This document shows, in pieces, positions 13,341-27,554 of a stretch of 64,000 bases of DNA. The position numbers and the translations under genes were made by a program. The DNA comes from the human T2T-CHM13v2.0 reference genome, Homo sapiens: assembly GCF_009914755.1 (NCBI RefSeq), contig NC_060938.1. One strand, given 5' to 3'. Below the pieces are notes generated by a model. It searched no databases. It had not been told where the DNA came from and saw nothing but the letters and a program-made list of their open reading frames with translations. Positions within the stretch are counted from its first letter, which is position 1, and every line of letters starts with the position of its first letter.

Positions 13341-16300
13341 ATAAAGTGGGCAATATCCTAAAAAAGATCTGTCTCTCTCCTAAACTTCAGTAGGAATTTT
13401 TAACAGTCAACATCTTAATGTAAGTCAGAGGTAGGGGATAAAATCATATCCCTATTCTTCTAAATAGCAGGAAAGGCATAGAAAGAAAGAGGAATTAATA
13501 TATTTTTCCATCATTCTCCTTTCCTTTACCAAAACTGGTAAAGGAGTTCCCCTGAAGAATTTGACTCTTACCATCTTGAGGGAAGAAGATGTGATTTCAA
13601 AGTTCCCATTGGTTCTTTGTATAGCTAAAGGTAGAGGCCTCTGCAAAGGCCATGTCTTTTTACAGAGCTCTTTAGTAAGCTTTTGGCCGAAAAAAAAAAA
13701 TGGGTCAATGAACTAGTCTGGAAAGGGAAAGGAGTTGTGTAAAGCTAAATTAACCAGGCATAAAAAATAAGGAGTACATTTGGATGCCACAAGTTCATCT
13801 AGGAAGTGTCGAGAAGGAAAGAGAAAGCATCCCTAACAAGGAAGGGAGCCTGAAAAACATCCCATGTGTTTAAGACACCTAAGAGTAGCACTATTATTAG
13901 TTTTCTGCTTTTCCATTTCCAATGTCACTCTGTTCCATGCTATGTTATACTTTCCCTCCACTTCCTAAAAACCATTGCTAAAGGTCTGTATGCACAGAGG
14001 CCTTCAGTTAAGAAATCTGTGGGGAATGCAGGAATAAAGCAGTGAAAGAAATCATCTTTTCCCTGAGGGACTAGCACTGTAGAGCAGGTTTACATGAAGG
14101 GAGGCCCACAGTTCTGTAGTCTTGAGCAAAAATCCGGGTAGTGCTAAGAGAGATGGTTAAGGGCAAGGTAGCAACCAAGTAGAACAACCATCCCTTTCTT
14201 CAAGTACAGTAGAGGAGGGTGAGGCTTGAAGGGAGGCAGGCAGACACTTGGGCTGCATTCAAGCTCCCTGGCTCAGAATGCTCTCCTCATGCCTTATCCT
14301 ACAGAGGCACACCAGCTCAACTGTTCTACAGGTAATACAGACTGTTCTCTGCAACCATCCTACTGAACCCGATAAACGGGATGTTACTCCATTACCTTGG
14401 GAATTGTGCTGTCTGCTAAGACTAAAAACTGAGAAACAGAGCCCCCTCATTGCCCTCTGATGGAGCAACCTTCCTTTGAGTGACGAACGTGACCTGCAGA
14501 GGTGTCACTTTGAAGGATGAGCATTCTGTCACCTCAATGAGGAGTTACACAGGGATGAGAGAGCTGGAATTTTGGGTCCCTTTTCTCTCCTGCTGTCAAG
14601 GGAGCTGCTGCTCACAGAGTCCCAGCAATGGAATCCATCCAGGAAAGTGTCAGAGGCAAGGTAAGGATTAGCAGAGCTCCTGTCAGCCTGTGCACAGCCT
14701 CTTCTGGGCATTATTCTCAAGAGGGAGCCTCAACAGCGATACAAAGTCATGCCTAACTGTGAAGTTTGCAGTTTTCTGCTTATTGGGTGTCAGCTGACAG
14801 CAACACACACACACATGCACATGCACACGCACATGCACACCATTCTGCTCAAGATAATTTTTCTGCAGGAAACTACAGCAAGCATCTTCTTCATTGCCTC
14901 ATGGACATGCTGATGGTGCAGATTTATTGGACCCAGGAGATGCAGTAGCCGCTGGCATCTCAGTTAAACTCTTTTAAAAGTCCCCCATGGAGTTCTTCAT
15001 TGTAGAAGACCCACTCTGCTTCATTAACTCCACTGTAGACAGTATTATCACCTGTTTTTACACTTACTCAAGACAGAGTTTATACCAAGAAGAACCTCAG
15101 AGAAAGGAGATTTGGGTTATTGGAGTTCAGACCAACTACTAAGAAACATAAGCCACAGATCTTAATTATTTCCCCCTCAGGAAGCAAATATAAGTTTGCA
15201 GAGGTATTTCATAAAACCCACACACTTGTTTCAGCTAGCACTTGATATCCACATGTCTTCAACAGGGTAGTAAAGAGGACTTCCATCCTGAAATCCCCTT
15301 CCATGTTGGGAATATCGTAGTAGAAGATGCAGACTCTGGGACCAGAAAGACAGGTTTCATCCTTTACTATCTGAGAGTCATGGGTTCCTTTGCAAAAGGG
15401 TAATAACAATATGCTGCACTTCACACATTTGTTTTATGAATCAAATGAAACAATGAATGTCAAACAGCACAGTCTCATGCATAATAAATGCTCAATAACG
15501 ACCAGTTGTTGCTATTACGTTATTATTATCATTATTACTATCATCATTTTAAGTGATATGATTTACCAAAAAGGGACATTGGGAAAACAGAGAGCCATGA
15601 TACAGAAGTTAAACGATTTGTACTTTGTTTCAAATTGGAAAAAGAAAAACAAGAAAGTCACTTCATTTTTGTTTTGAACTTATTTTACTTTATTCATCAA
15701 CTACTATATAGTGCTTACTATGTGCCAGTTGTGGCTCTAAACATAGAACTTATTGCATCAAAGATTAATTTTAAAGTATCACAAATTTAATAACATCCAT
15801 ATTATGACATATTGAAAATATACCAAATATAAATAATTTGGAGAATGTGTATGCTTTTCCATTACACATTCAAAGAATAATAACTCAGTATATGCCATGA
15901 GCCAGTCCTCATGCTAGTCACTGGGGTGACAATGTTCAACAAGACAGACAAGTTACCTGCCCCAAATTTATAATGTTGAGATTTTTGAAATAATCACTCT
16001 GGGTTTTTTTCTGCATTGAATGTCAAACTAGACCAAACTGAAGATAGTTTAACCATGTATTTAGCAACCAGTTTTAGAGCTGCCCTATATAAACGATTTG
16101 GCTTCCTGGGGCAGTTCATCTGTGATTCTCAGAAACTGTAGTTAATGTGGGTAACCAGGAAGGATCACTAACACTGCCATGCGGTGCAGCAGCAGGTCAG
16201 GCTCAGCTTCCTAAACCAGTGCCAGGATCAGCCACAGCAAAGTGACGGGGAAGCACGAGCCATCTTGGCTTATTCTAACTGGGGTGGACAGCAGAGACAC

Positions 16301-16900
16301 TTGAAGTACTCCTTACAGCACAGCTCCAAGCCATGTGACCCAGCCGAACAGTGCCAAGGCACAGGGGATGTTGGCCTGCAGCCATCACTACTGAGTAATT
16401 CATGTTCACCAAAAGCTCTGGTCAGACAAGGAGGCCCAGGGGCAGAACAGCTCATTGCCAGGCAGGCTCTATTGTCACTGCAAGTCATAGGACACCCTTA
16501 GGTTTATCCAGTGTAGAAGGGCCTCCTGGCCATAGTAGTGTCTCTTAAACTGTGCTGATGAGAACACACAGGTAGAACAAATACAAAAGACATATAATAT
16601 AGATATAGGAATATATTAATGTATATATTGATGTAGTTACCCTAGTACACATTGTGTCATAAGTTTTTAAATATCTTTTATTAAAATGAATGCCTTTGTT
16701 ATATGGACTACATCCTATTCTATGGCCATTACTACTATTCTTAGTCTGTTATTGCTGGGTCTATATTATGGGCTTCTTTGTTCACTCATTCATTCATCTG
16801 ACAAATGTTCATCAAGCCACTACAAGTGCCAAGCTTCAGGGATGCAGTGGAGAGCAAAACAGATAAGTTTTTATCTGCCCTTGTAAAGTTTGTAGTCTAG

Positions 16901-17351
16901 TGTGCTGGCTGATCATTTGTATTACTGTTCAGCAAATATTCACTCCCTGTCTCCTCTCACTGTGGATGCGGTATCCTTCTCTACCCCCACTGATATTGGA
17001 CTTCAATGTGCAACTCGCTTTGACAAAAAGAACATCAACAGATGAGATGTACGGAGGCCTTCACTGTGCTAGCTTCTTGCATTGCTGTCCTTCTTCATGA
17101 GAACAACATGCTTTGGGTAGCCACTGGTCCAATACTGATGGGCAAACATGTGGAGTAGATATGGACCCACTCACATCCTGGAGACAAACAAGATCAGGTG
17201 ACCAAAGGCCCAGCCAATGCCTGCCAAATCTAGCTGAAGTGTAGGTCAACCCGCAGACCCAAGAGGGTTGAAAATTAAAGCTTGTTGTAAGCTTCTGAGT
17301 TTGAGGATGGTTTTTTATACAACATAGTTTTTACAGTAACCCTCAAATACA
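16901..17351 (+). mobile_element. MLT1 LTR
   Basis: 'catgagaacaacatgc...gtagccactggtcc...gcttgttgtaagcttctgagtttgaggatggtt'. Confidence 0.7.
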
Positions 17352-18317
17352 GAAACCAACAAAGCAAGAAAATTTCCATCAAATTTGAATGTTTGATTTT
17401 CTATGAAAGACAAATTATATCCCAGTGGAGACATTTTGGAGAACGCTGAATTTCTTACCCTTTCTTTATGGATGTGAGCCCCTCTCCCCATGCTACACTG
17501 CATGGAGCTTCCTCTATCAATATTCTTTTTTCCAATTACCAATAAAAGGGAATCTAGGCCTCTCTGAAACACACAAGCTCTTTTTCCCAATGTTCTCACC
17601 ATTGTATGTCTAGCTTTTGTGGATTCATATTTTAAGCAAGCTGTGAGGAAAATTGAGAAGATGTAGAATAAAAATGACAAATATTATCAAAAGTTTTAGA
17701 AATGAGGCATAAAACTGAGGGAAAGGGGACTGCTGGACCCATAATTGAATGTCTGTAGATACTGTTGATTGATGTTAGAAGAAAAAAATGAAAGATTTGA
17801 ATATAAAACATATTGGCAAACTCATTTTTTTCTGCACTAAGGAGCAAATAAAAATAAGCAAGTTCTTTATAGCAGGATAGTTTTAGGCTAGATGCAGGAG
17901 GAAGGAATATCAGTTGAAACAGCTTTCTAGGAAAGGCTTGCTGTCTCTTCTCCTAAAATTGTTTAAGGTAAGGAAAAGTAAGGGATATGAGAGCCTGAGC
18001 AGAGTCAGAGGAATGGACCAAATCACTGATTTCTACTTCCAGATTATGGATTTCTTTGATGAGGTGAAAAATGCCATAGACTATATCTCCTGTTGGCTCC
18101 TGTAAGTATCAAAAAAAGATTTTTTAAAACTTACTGGATCTAATGGAAAAACTAAAGTTTCTTGTGCCTAAGATCTTTTAAAAAAATATATTCACTCATT
18201 CAGTGAAATTTCATTAAGCATCTACTCGGTGCCTGGCAGTGTTTTATGCAGTTATAACACTGCAGAACTAGACAAATCACCTGCCCTCATGGAGTTTACA
18301 TTATATTCACAAAAGTG

Positions 18318-18420
18318 AGGGCTCAGTGGTGTGTGCCTGTATCTCAGCTACTCAGGAGGCAAGATTGCTTGGGCCCAGGAGTTGGAGTCCAGATTAGGCA
18401 ACATAGCAAGACCCCCAAAT
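18318..18420 (+). mobile_element. Alu monomer (FLAM/FRAM-like)
   Basis: 'gcctgtatctcagctactcaggaggc...ggcaacatagcaagaccc'. Confidence 0.7.
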
Positions 18421-18522
18421 CTTATATATATATATATTTGGAAAAGCACTCTATCACAAATGTAGCTAACTCAGATTAGTAAGAATAATATAAGTACAGT
18501 AAATTTTAAATTTGACTGATTA

Positions 18523-18854
<332 letters not shown>

Positions 18855-21800
18855 TTAAGAGTCTTTCTGGGTCAGTAGTTCTCAGACTATTATAGAAAAG
18901 TTCTACAAATTTATTATTTCTCATACATATTGTTATAAAAGCAAATAATTCCCAGAGTTTTGAAAATAATTCCAAGAGCTTTGAAAAATAAGAATATGGG
19001 AATCATCTTTCAAAAATTCATGTGTTCATTTATTACTCAATTCCCTTATCAGATAAAGTTAGTTTTAGAGGTGTTTCTCACATCTTTGACTAAGTGCATT
19101 CTTTTATATCTCTTCACTTCTAGTCAATGAGGAATGGGATTAGGAAAATATGGCTTGAGCAGATCATTGCAATTTCACAATGCCATATTGCAGGGAGGAT
19201 CTCAGATTAAATGTGTACACTGGACTTCTGATCTTGTGAAGAACACTGCCTAGATGCATTAGTCAGGTGACATGTTTAGTCTTAGAAGAAAGAGCCTCCT
19301 AAATATCCTTTCCACATTGCCTCCCAAAAGACTCCAGGAGTGACAATCTGACTGTTCAACTGGAATCAGCCTGCTGAGGGTGTAGCTACCTATCGACTAA
19401 GCCCATTAACACATTACAGCAGCTAAAAGATGTGCCTAAAATAATGCCACTCTTTCATCTGCAGCTCCCAGAACCACTTTGCAGAACAGAAACCTGCCTG
19501 GCAGATATTATAGGAACAATTCATTTAACGTTTACAAGACCTACAATGGTTATCAATACCAATCAATCTCTCAAGTGATAAATTAAGCATGGATTATACT
19601 TTTTTTTTGTTTTGTATCTCAAAGACAAAATGACTTGGATTAGCACCTTAATATTAGAGGTAAAATCCACAATTGGTACTCTTTACAAAAGTCATGAAAC
19701 CAGTCCTATTTATCCAGTGAAGACCATGCATAGAGCCCAGGATCTCTAGGTCATTTTCTTTCTCCACAAATAACCAACAAAAAAAAAGTTCTCTCTGTGC
19801 ATTCTTCTAAGGTTTTAGCAGCCTGCAAACCTGTGGGGACAAATATGGCTTTCTAAAATTTGACTTGTAAAAAAAGAATCTGTGAGTAGCTCTTATTATA
19901 GGTTATGTTTAGTTTATATTACCCTATTTCCTGCTTAAAAGAAAGCAAAACACCCAAAGGCTAGAACTGGACATTTTTGAAGATAACAAAAATAGTTATG
20001 GCTCTAAATTTTTTTTATCAGTTGGGAATCCCAGCTTAGATCCCTGCCACCTGCTTATGGAAACTTTCTAGAAGCTCTATGGAAGGCCAACAGGGAGAAA
20101 AAAACTAAGGTTTGCTGCCTCTGCCAAGGCACCTTGGAAAAACATAGAAGCAGCAAATCCCCATATAGTGCCCCCTTTTGGCTAGCCCTCACTGTCTTCA
20201 TGAAGCTATGGGTCGATATATTTATCTATGGAAAAATAACAATAGCTATCATACATTAAGCATGTACTATCTGTCAGGCATTACATACATTGTCTCTTTT
20301 TAACTTGACAATTGTTCTTTGAGGTATATTTGATTCCCATTTTTCATACCGTTATGTAAAGGTTTAGAGAGGCTAAGAATCTTCTCAAGGTCACATAAAC
20401 AGTAACTGAAAAAGGCAGGATTCAAATCCAGTTCTGTCAGTCTCCAAAGCCCATGCTCTCTGCCATTACACCTCATTGCCTCCCGAGAAACCATTGTACT
20501 TATTTCAGAAGCTTAATCTGCTCTGTAAAATTAGTCAAGACAACATGTGGGCAACTCAGTTTAAGCTCTCTATGTCCAAGCACCTGCTTTGTAACTCATG
20601 TCCTGGACCACAGGACATTAACAGCCATACCAGCAACAGAGGGGCACCAAGCTTTAAAGTTTCAATCCCAACCAACTTGTTTTTCAGGTGCCCTGTTATT
20701 CTCCACTATTTAAAGAGTTATGTGGAGTTTTCAGTCTAACAGGACCCTTCTCTCCATGGCAACAAAACAAACTAACCCCTCAAAATACGTTCTGAGTATA
20801 TTTCAGTTTAAGTATATCACAATTCAAACCCCATCCCAAACCAAACTAATTGCTGGGATTATTTTTACTTTTCATAGAAATTCAAAAGTATTTTGGTTTA
20901 ATTTTAAATTCAGATAACTGAACACTACATCTTATACCTACAACCTGAAGTACAGTTAGATCACGTCCCTGCATTAATTTGCCAAAGTTACATTAGCCAA
21001 TTCGTAGAAGATAGCAAATGGAGACAGACCACATGAAGTTCTTTATACAATTATACTCCTATTAAACAAGCTCAAATAAATATAAATTATAAAAACCCTA
21101 TGTTTAGCATTAGTGTACAGGTTTACATAAGTATTATTCAAGGTACTATACAATGATATTATAGCAAGCACTATATGAAATTGAGTAAAAAGAGCCTTGA
21201 GACAATTCATGACTTTTGGAACTGATCATGTCATGTTCCAAGAAAATAGCTCAAAAGAAAGAATGAAGACAGTTGTACAAAATGTCCCTTTGCAGCACTA
21301 TTTAAATGGCAAAAAAATGAAAACTCAAGTGCCCAGCAAGGGAAGAAATGGCTTCACAAGCTTTATGATAAGCTTGTAAACATGATAACCTTTGAAAGAG
21401 AGGCACTCAGCCTCTATTAGTACCTAGTCACAGTAAATAAAATTAAGTGAAAAACTGCATAACAATAAAAATAACAAAAAGCTATGTAATATATATGTCA
21501 CTGTTCAACTTTGCACTGGCCTATTCTCTTTATGATAATTTATTGAGACATATATTTGTGTACTTTTCTATAAATATTTCAATAAACTTCTAAAATGTAT
21601 TGCAGAATTTTTATAAAATTTGGAGGCAAAACTACTTATATTCATGGAATAATTAACCTTTCACTCATCAAAAACTAGTAACAAATAAAACCAATCAATA
21701 GTTTCAGCTTTTGGCATGGTTGCACTTGGTAAACTTAATGCAATCACAGAGTCTGTCTTCACAGGACCTGAAAAAAGTAATAAAAGGCTATTTGAGAGTT

Positions 21801-22341
21801 TCAGGGATAGACAAACTTACACAGCATCATCAGCTAAAGAAAAGTGTCTTATTATATAACTAAGGAGCTGGTGATTTGTCTTCTCTTCAACATCTATTTT
21901 CAGTATGTAGATAAGCCTCTTCTTACACATCACTGCCAGGTCAAACCAAAGAGTATGCATTGAGTGCCTAATTTGGGCAGTGTGCTGAACATAGGTGGAA
22001 GCTATAGAGCTGCAAATCTCAGAAAGGGAGGCTACCTGGGTACCCAAATAATGTCACTTGGCAGTACTGCCTTGGTGGGGCTAACAGCACTCAGGATCTC
22101 GTTCTCAGCATTTCAGAGCATAAACTCACTTCTGTCCAGGTACACAGAATTGGCCAGGTTCTCAAGGACAGACTCTTACTGGCCAAGCACTTGAAACACC
22201 AATCTGTGATCCCAGAAACTCCATGTATTATTATTTTAGTAATGATATTCTTGACTGACCTGCTTCTGCCTCCTGTTTAGGACCTTATTCCAGATATCCA
22301 GGTATCTTGGAAGACAGTCAGTAATTAGCTCTCTCAGTAAG

Positions 22342-22526
22342 TGATATGGTTTGGATTTGTGTCCCTGCCCAAATCTCATGCTAAATTGAAGGAGGGGCCT
22401 GGTCGGATGTGATCAGATCACAGGGGAAGATTTCCCCCTTGCTGTTCCCTTGATAGTGGATGAGTTCTCATGAGATCTGATGGTTTAAAAGCATGTGGCA
22501 CTTACCCCTTCTCTCTCGCTCTCTCA

Positions 22527-22558
<32 letters not shown>

Positions 22559-22757
22559 GTCTGTCTCTCTCCTGCTCTGCCATGGCAATACATGGTTGTT
22601 TTCGCTTCACCTTCTGCTATGATCGTAAGTTTCCTGAGGCCTCCCAGTCATGCTTTCTGTTAAGCCTGTGGAGCTATGAGTCAATTACACCTCTTTTATT
22701 CATAAATTACCCAGTCTTGGGTAGTTCTTTATAGCAATGTGAGAACAGACTAATACA
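22342..22757 (+). mobile_element. MSTA-like MaLR solo LTR with an internal (CT)n tract
   Basis: TGATATGGTTTGG...GACTAATACA termini. Perfect 5-bp TSD GTAAG at 22337-22341 and 22758-22762. Confidence 0.92.
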
Positions 22758-23199
22758 GTAAGAATGGACTCAAAGCCAAAGAAGGGAATCCTAAGGCGGG
22801 TTTCATGTTCTTTGTGAGCCCCTATACCTGGCATTCTACTACTAATATACAACCAATCACACTGATGGAAGGTAGTAATTTATACAATTTTCTTCCTATG
22901 AACTTCCTATGTACTCTTAAAGAGCAGGAGCCATGCTTTAGATGCACAATAAATGTATGTCAAATTAAAATTGTTGAACTGGACGCTCTTTACCCCAAAA
23001 TGCAGCGCAGACTGATCAGAACACTAGTGCTTGTCAGATCCACTGTGCACATCTCCTTTAGTAAGTAAATTCTTCTGGCTATGAAGTGGAGAAAAAATTG
23101 GAAGATAAGTGGAGATGCCAGTAGGCCAATTAAGGAGCTAATCAGTAATTTAGGCAAGAAACAATTGTGGGTGGATAAATAATTGTTATAAATTCCTTA

Positions 23200-23525
23200 A
23201 TGGAAAACTACACAATAGTGAAAAAGAACAAACTATTGATCTATGCAACAACATGGGTGAATCTCATAGACATACTTTTATGAAGCCAGGTCCTAGAAAC
23301 ATACACTATGATTTCATTTATACTCATTTCAAGAACAAGCAAAACTAATTTATGGTGATAAGATCAAAATGCGTTTTCATTGGGAGGATATTAACTGAGA
23401 TGGAGTATGAGGAAACCCTCTAGGATGCTAGAAACATTCCCTTCTTGATCTGGGCAGTGCCCATAAGGACGTATATGTGATGTATATGTATATGCACCTA
23501 AAATGTGGGCTCTTTATTGCATTGT
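23200..23525 (+). mobile_element. L1ME-like 3' fragment
   Basis: 'atgcaacaacatgggtgaatctcatagacat...caaaactaatttatggtgata...tcttgatctgggcagtg'. Confidence 0.7.
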
Positions 23526-26500
23526 GATCTTTTCTGTAAGCTCTTTATCTTATGTAAAAAAAAGTTTTGAAATATTGTTGGTGGGCTGGCCTAAGGTTGT
23601 GGCAGTAGAGACTAGCAGGAGTAAATAGATATTGAAGGGATATTTAAGAGATAAAGTCATTAAGAAAAAATGAGTTAATGCCTGTAAAGTGTTTAGCACA
23701 GTGCCAGGAATATAGTAAAACTCAACAAATGTTTGTTTATGATTATTGTTATTGCCTAAAGAGGTTGACAAGAGAATTAAATTACATAATGTATGTAAAA
23801 CACTTCAATCCCAGCATGGGATTTGGGAAATTCTTCATTAATAGTAGCTTTAATTGTTTTCATTGATTAGGCCATAACTTTTTTCCACATTCATTCTGCC
23901 CTGTTAAACCCTGCTCTTCTTTCAGTTATCTGGAAGATAAACTATACTAAGGTACTTATGGAAAATTCATTTCATCCCCTACTATGAGTTTAATGAATTT
24001 AACTAAATACACATACATAGTCACCTACATATTGGTCCCCAAGGGATTCTAAGGAATTTTTCTTGATAAACTTCACCAGAAGCACTGAGATACTAAGTTG
24101 ACGTATGTACACTTTTACTCTCTTTCTGGTTGCTACTTTGTCACATCAGGACTGTTAGCACCATTTCTTGCAATAGTGTGTCAAGAGACTCCCTGATAGG
24201 GTTAAAGCTCCTTAGCATTGTGTGGGAAAGGACATCCTAGCACTATCTGCCAGGCCTGCAATTCTATTAAACTGTCAGCATGATAAATGACAAAGAGAAG
24301 GCATCAGGGAGAAAATCTACAGTAAAGCACTGTGGTCATAAAACAAGAAGAACCAAAAAAGGATTTAGGGCAAGTACACAAACCATCCTTTATGATAAAA
24401 TTTTCCTTTGCAAGGAGAGAACAAAGCGACTGAACTATAAACTCCTGAGTCCAAGCAGAAGGCAGTGATACCGTCAGTCATCCCTCCACCCCAATGTGTG
24501 GCTCACAGATCAGTGATGCACGATCCAGCAGTCCCACCTCTACTTCCAACCAGGCCTCTTGGGGCTCAGTGAAAACACACTTAGTCCACGAAAGAGATGG
24601 TATTTTAAAAGGTGGTTACTCTGTGCATCCCTTTTGCTAATGAAGAAATAATTTCTCAAATGGAAAATAATTTGGTTACTGCTTTTGAACCACAAATTAT
24701 CTCCAGAGAGCAGTTACCCAGAGCATCACTGCCTTGCTTCTAAATGTAGCCCCCACAAATGGTATCATCTATAAACAGAGCACAAAAATAGGCTTCTGAA
24801 TATTTGGGTTTTGGAATGAGTTCCAGTGAGTCTCATTTAGAAGTTTCCAGGTATTTATACCAATATGAAAAATAATATTGACTCTGGATGCAAACAGATG
24901 ACTACTGAAGTGCTAAGAAATTTAAATATCTTTGAATATATCTTCTTCAGGTAGCAATGAAACTGGTAGCAGCAAAATCATGAGTAATCTCCATGCCCTG
25001 TCATGTTTCCAGAAGCATCCCTAGTGAGTGATTGTTTTAAACAGAAACTCTGTAGCCACTCAAAAGTAACAACTTGTATTTATATAGTCGGGTTTTCCAG
25101 ACACTTCAACCAAGACTAGCAAAACAAGATTAGTTTGCTAGACTAACAAGGTGGCAGAATAAAAATGAATTATCTAAATAACAAAATTAGGCATATCTGA
25201 TTCATAAGATTGTTACATCTCTGCATTTTCTGTTTATATGCTATGGCACCACATCAGTGTGCTTGAAAGCTGCAGGTTAAAACACATGCATTCATGGCAT
25301 ACAATTAGGTTTAGGACATACAACGATTTTCTGTCTGAGTTTAAGAAAGGTGGTATTGGGGTGTTTTATTACCTTGGAAATAGAAAGTTAATAACTATGT
25401 TAACCAGGAGGGTATGTGGGTGCTTTGATCAGATCATTACTTGGACAAAAACTAGAAGAAAACAGAGATGCAGGAAGCAGACCCATGAAAACATCTTGTC
25501 TCTTCTAATATATAGGCATATGATGCAACTATTCATCCACTTCAAGTGAGGCAACAAGCACTTAAAATATTTGACAGTTGTTCCAGCTACTCAATTTGCA
25601 TGTCAACATTTCTGTAATATTAAAGGACAGAGAAATGAGATCAGCAACTTCAGTGAGAGCCCTATTGCTTTTTAACAACTTATTCAATATGGAAATAAAT
25701 ATCCAGTTTTTTAATACATTTCCCGCATGTTGACTTAATGGTCTGGTTAATCTTTGTCATGTATTTTCTTAATAGGTTTTCTAGGAATATCTTTCGATAT
25801 TTATGTAAATCAGAATTCATGGCTTAAAGCCAGTTTGGAAAGGGGTTGGAGTCTCCAGAAGAGCTGCAGGATCATGCCTCCAGAGTGAATTTTGCTCCTA
25901 TCTTGCTCCTAGTTGCCATCAAAACACCTCTCTACTACTCCTAAGCTCTCAAAATTCCTAAGTCAGGCACTCACTGAGTCTGTGGTGCCCGTGGGGACAC
26001 AGCACATGACAGGAGGAGAAGCAGTGCTGTGTGGTATGAGAAGCAACAGGCTTTGATCACAGCCCTCGCATTTGCTAACTCTGAGATTTTATGAAAATTA
26101 TAATACTAGTTATCCTTTTCTCACTGTCTACCTGCCATTGCCACGTATTACACGAAGCACTTCATACTCATCATCTCATTTAATCCACTGAAAAATCTCC
26201 ATTTCCTGCATTATTTCCCGTTTTTCACATAAGAAGTCTGAGGTTCAGAGAAGTTGGTAACTTGCCCCAGGTCCCAGAGAGGAAGCAACAGGTCTAATCT
26301 GAGTGTTAAACTGGCTCATAACCAGCAGTACTGCTCCAGGTGTGTTTCACCTTTGAAATTGCATAATAGCACCTTCTAGCATAGTTCAGTTCACAGAGAA
26401 GCTGTGAGGAACCAATAAGCACACAACATGTGAAACTCTTTGAGAACCATAAAGTGCTACACAAGTGTACAAGATATGTACAATTCCAAATCATTTAACT

Positions 26501-26703
26501 TCAGACGGATACAGAATATCCGTCTGAAACTGGATTAAGCGAAAAGAATGTCATTGGCTTGTGAAACTAGCAAACCCAAGGCTGAATGGAGCACAGCTGA
26601 ACTCAAGGGCTCAGATAAAGCTGTTTGCTGAGGTTTCCTCTCCCTGTCTCTGGGCCCCACTTTTGCTTTGGTGGCATTCTTGGGTTTTTGTCCTGGGTGG
26701 TGG

Positions 26704-27184
26704 TGTGTCCAGAGTTGGTTCCTGCCGGTGGGTTCGTGGTCTCTCTGACTTCAAGAATGAAGCCGTGGACCTTTGCGGTGAGTGTTACAGCTCTTAAAGA
26801 TGGCACGGACCCAAAGTGTGAGTGGTAGAAAGGTTTATTGTGAAGAGCGAAAGGACAAAGCTTCCACAGAGTGGAAGGGGACCCAAGTGGGTTACCACTG
26901 CTGGCTAGGGTGGCCAGCTTTTATTCCCTTATTTGTCCCCTCCCATGTTCCATTTTTGTCCGATTAGAGTGCCCTTTTTCCCAAGCCTCCCTGCGATTGG
27001 CTACTTTTAGGATCCTACTGATTGGTACATTTTACAGAGCACTGATTGGTGCATTTTACAGAGCACTGATTGGTGCGTTTTACAGAGCACTGTTTGGTGC
27101 ATTTTACAATCCCATTGCTAGCTACAGAGACTTTCTCCAAGGCCCCACTGGGGACCCAGGAAGTCCAGCTGGCTTCACCTCTCA
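26704..27184 (-). mobile_element. ERV9-family solo LTR (LTR12, short LTR12F-like)
   Basis: Minus strand starts TGAGAGGTGAAGCCAGCTGG and ends GGACACA. 4-bp TSD GTGG at 26700-26703 and 27185-27188. Confidence 0.93.
27017..27108 (-). promoter_or_regulatory. 24-bp tandem repeat (about 3.8 copies) carrying CCAAT (NF-Y) boxes in the LTR12 U3
   Basis: Unit actgattggtrcrttttacagagc. Three intact ATTGG motifs; the fourth is mutated. Confidence 0.8.
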
Positions 27185-27554
27185 GTGGCAGAACTTTCAA
27201 CCTCATCTCCAGGCAGGAAAAGAAGGACATTGTCCCACAGCTCCAGCAAACATCCGAGGATTCTTTCTGATTCTGTCACAGGCCCACCCCTGAACCAATC
27301 ACTGGAGTCAGAGGGTGGAGTGATACACCAATTTGTTTAGGTCGGGGTCATGTGCTCACCTCTGGCCCCCACACTAAATCAGCTTCCCACACACAACCTG
27401 GACCTGGGGAGGTGGTTCCCCAAGGAAAGTGCCCCTCTCTTTCTAGAAGAGAGACTCCATATTGGGAAGCCACACAGAAAAACATTGGCTAAATATTTTA
27501 ATAAAAACATTGAGCTTCACATTGGTTTAAAAGATAATGACAGAGAATGCCTAA

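Larger units (their letters stand above)
26530..27430 (-). mobile_element. Old MLT1 (K/L-like) LTR split by the LTR12 insertion
   Basis: 'cccacccctgaaccaatcactg...ggtcatgtgctcacctctg' to the right of the LTR12, with related sequence to its left. Confidence 0.55.

Noticed and set aside
21700-22047. Minus-strand exon pair (...HFSLADDAV|SCEDRLCD...) with good donor and acceptor
   Set aside because: The implied intron (21768-21820) is only 53 nt, below typical human minimum, and no homology is recognised. The sites might still be used separately.
27017-27108. CRISPR-like repeat array
   Set aside because: Head-to-tail 24-bp repeats without spacers, inside an LTR12 U3 in eukaryotic DNA.
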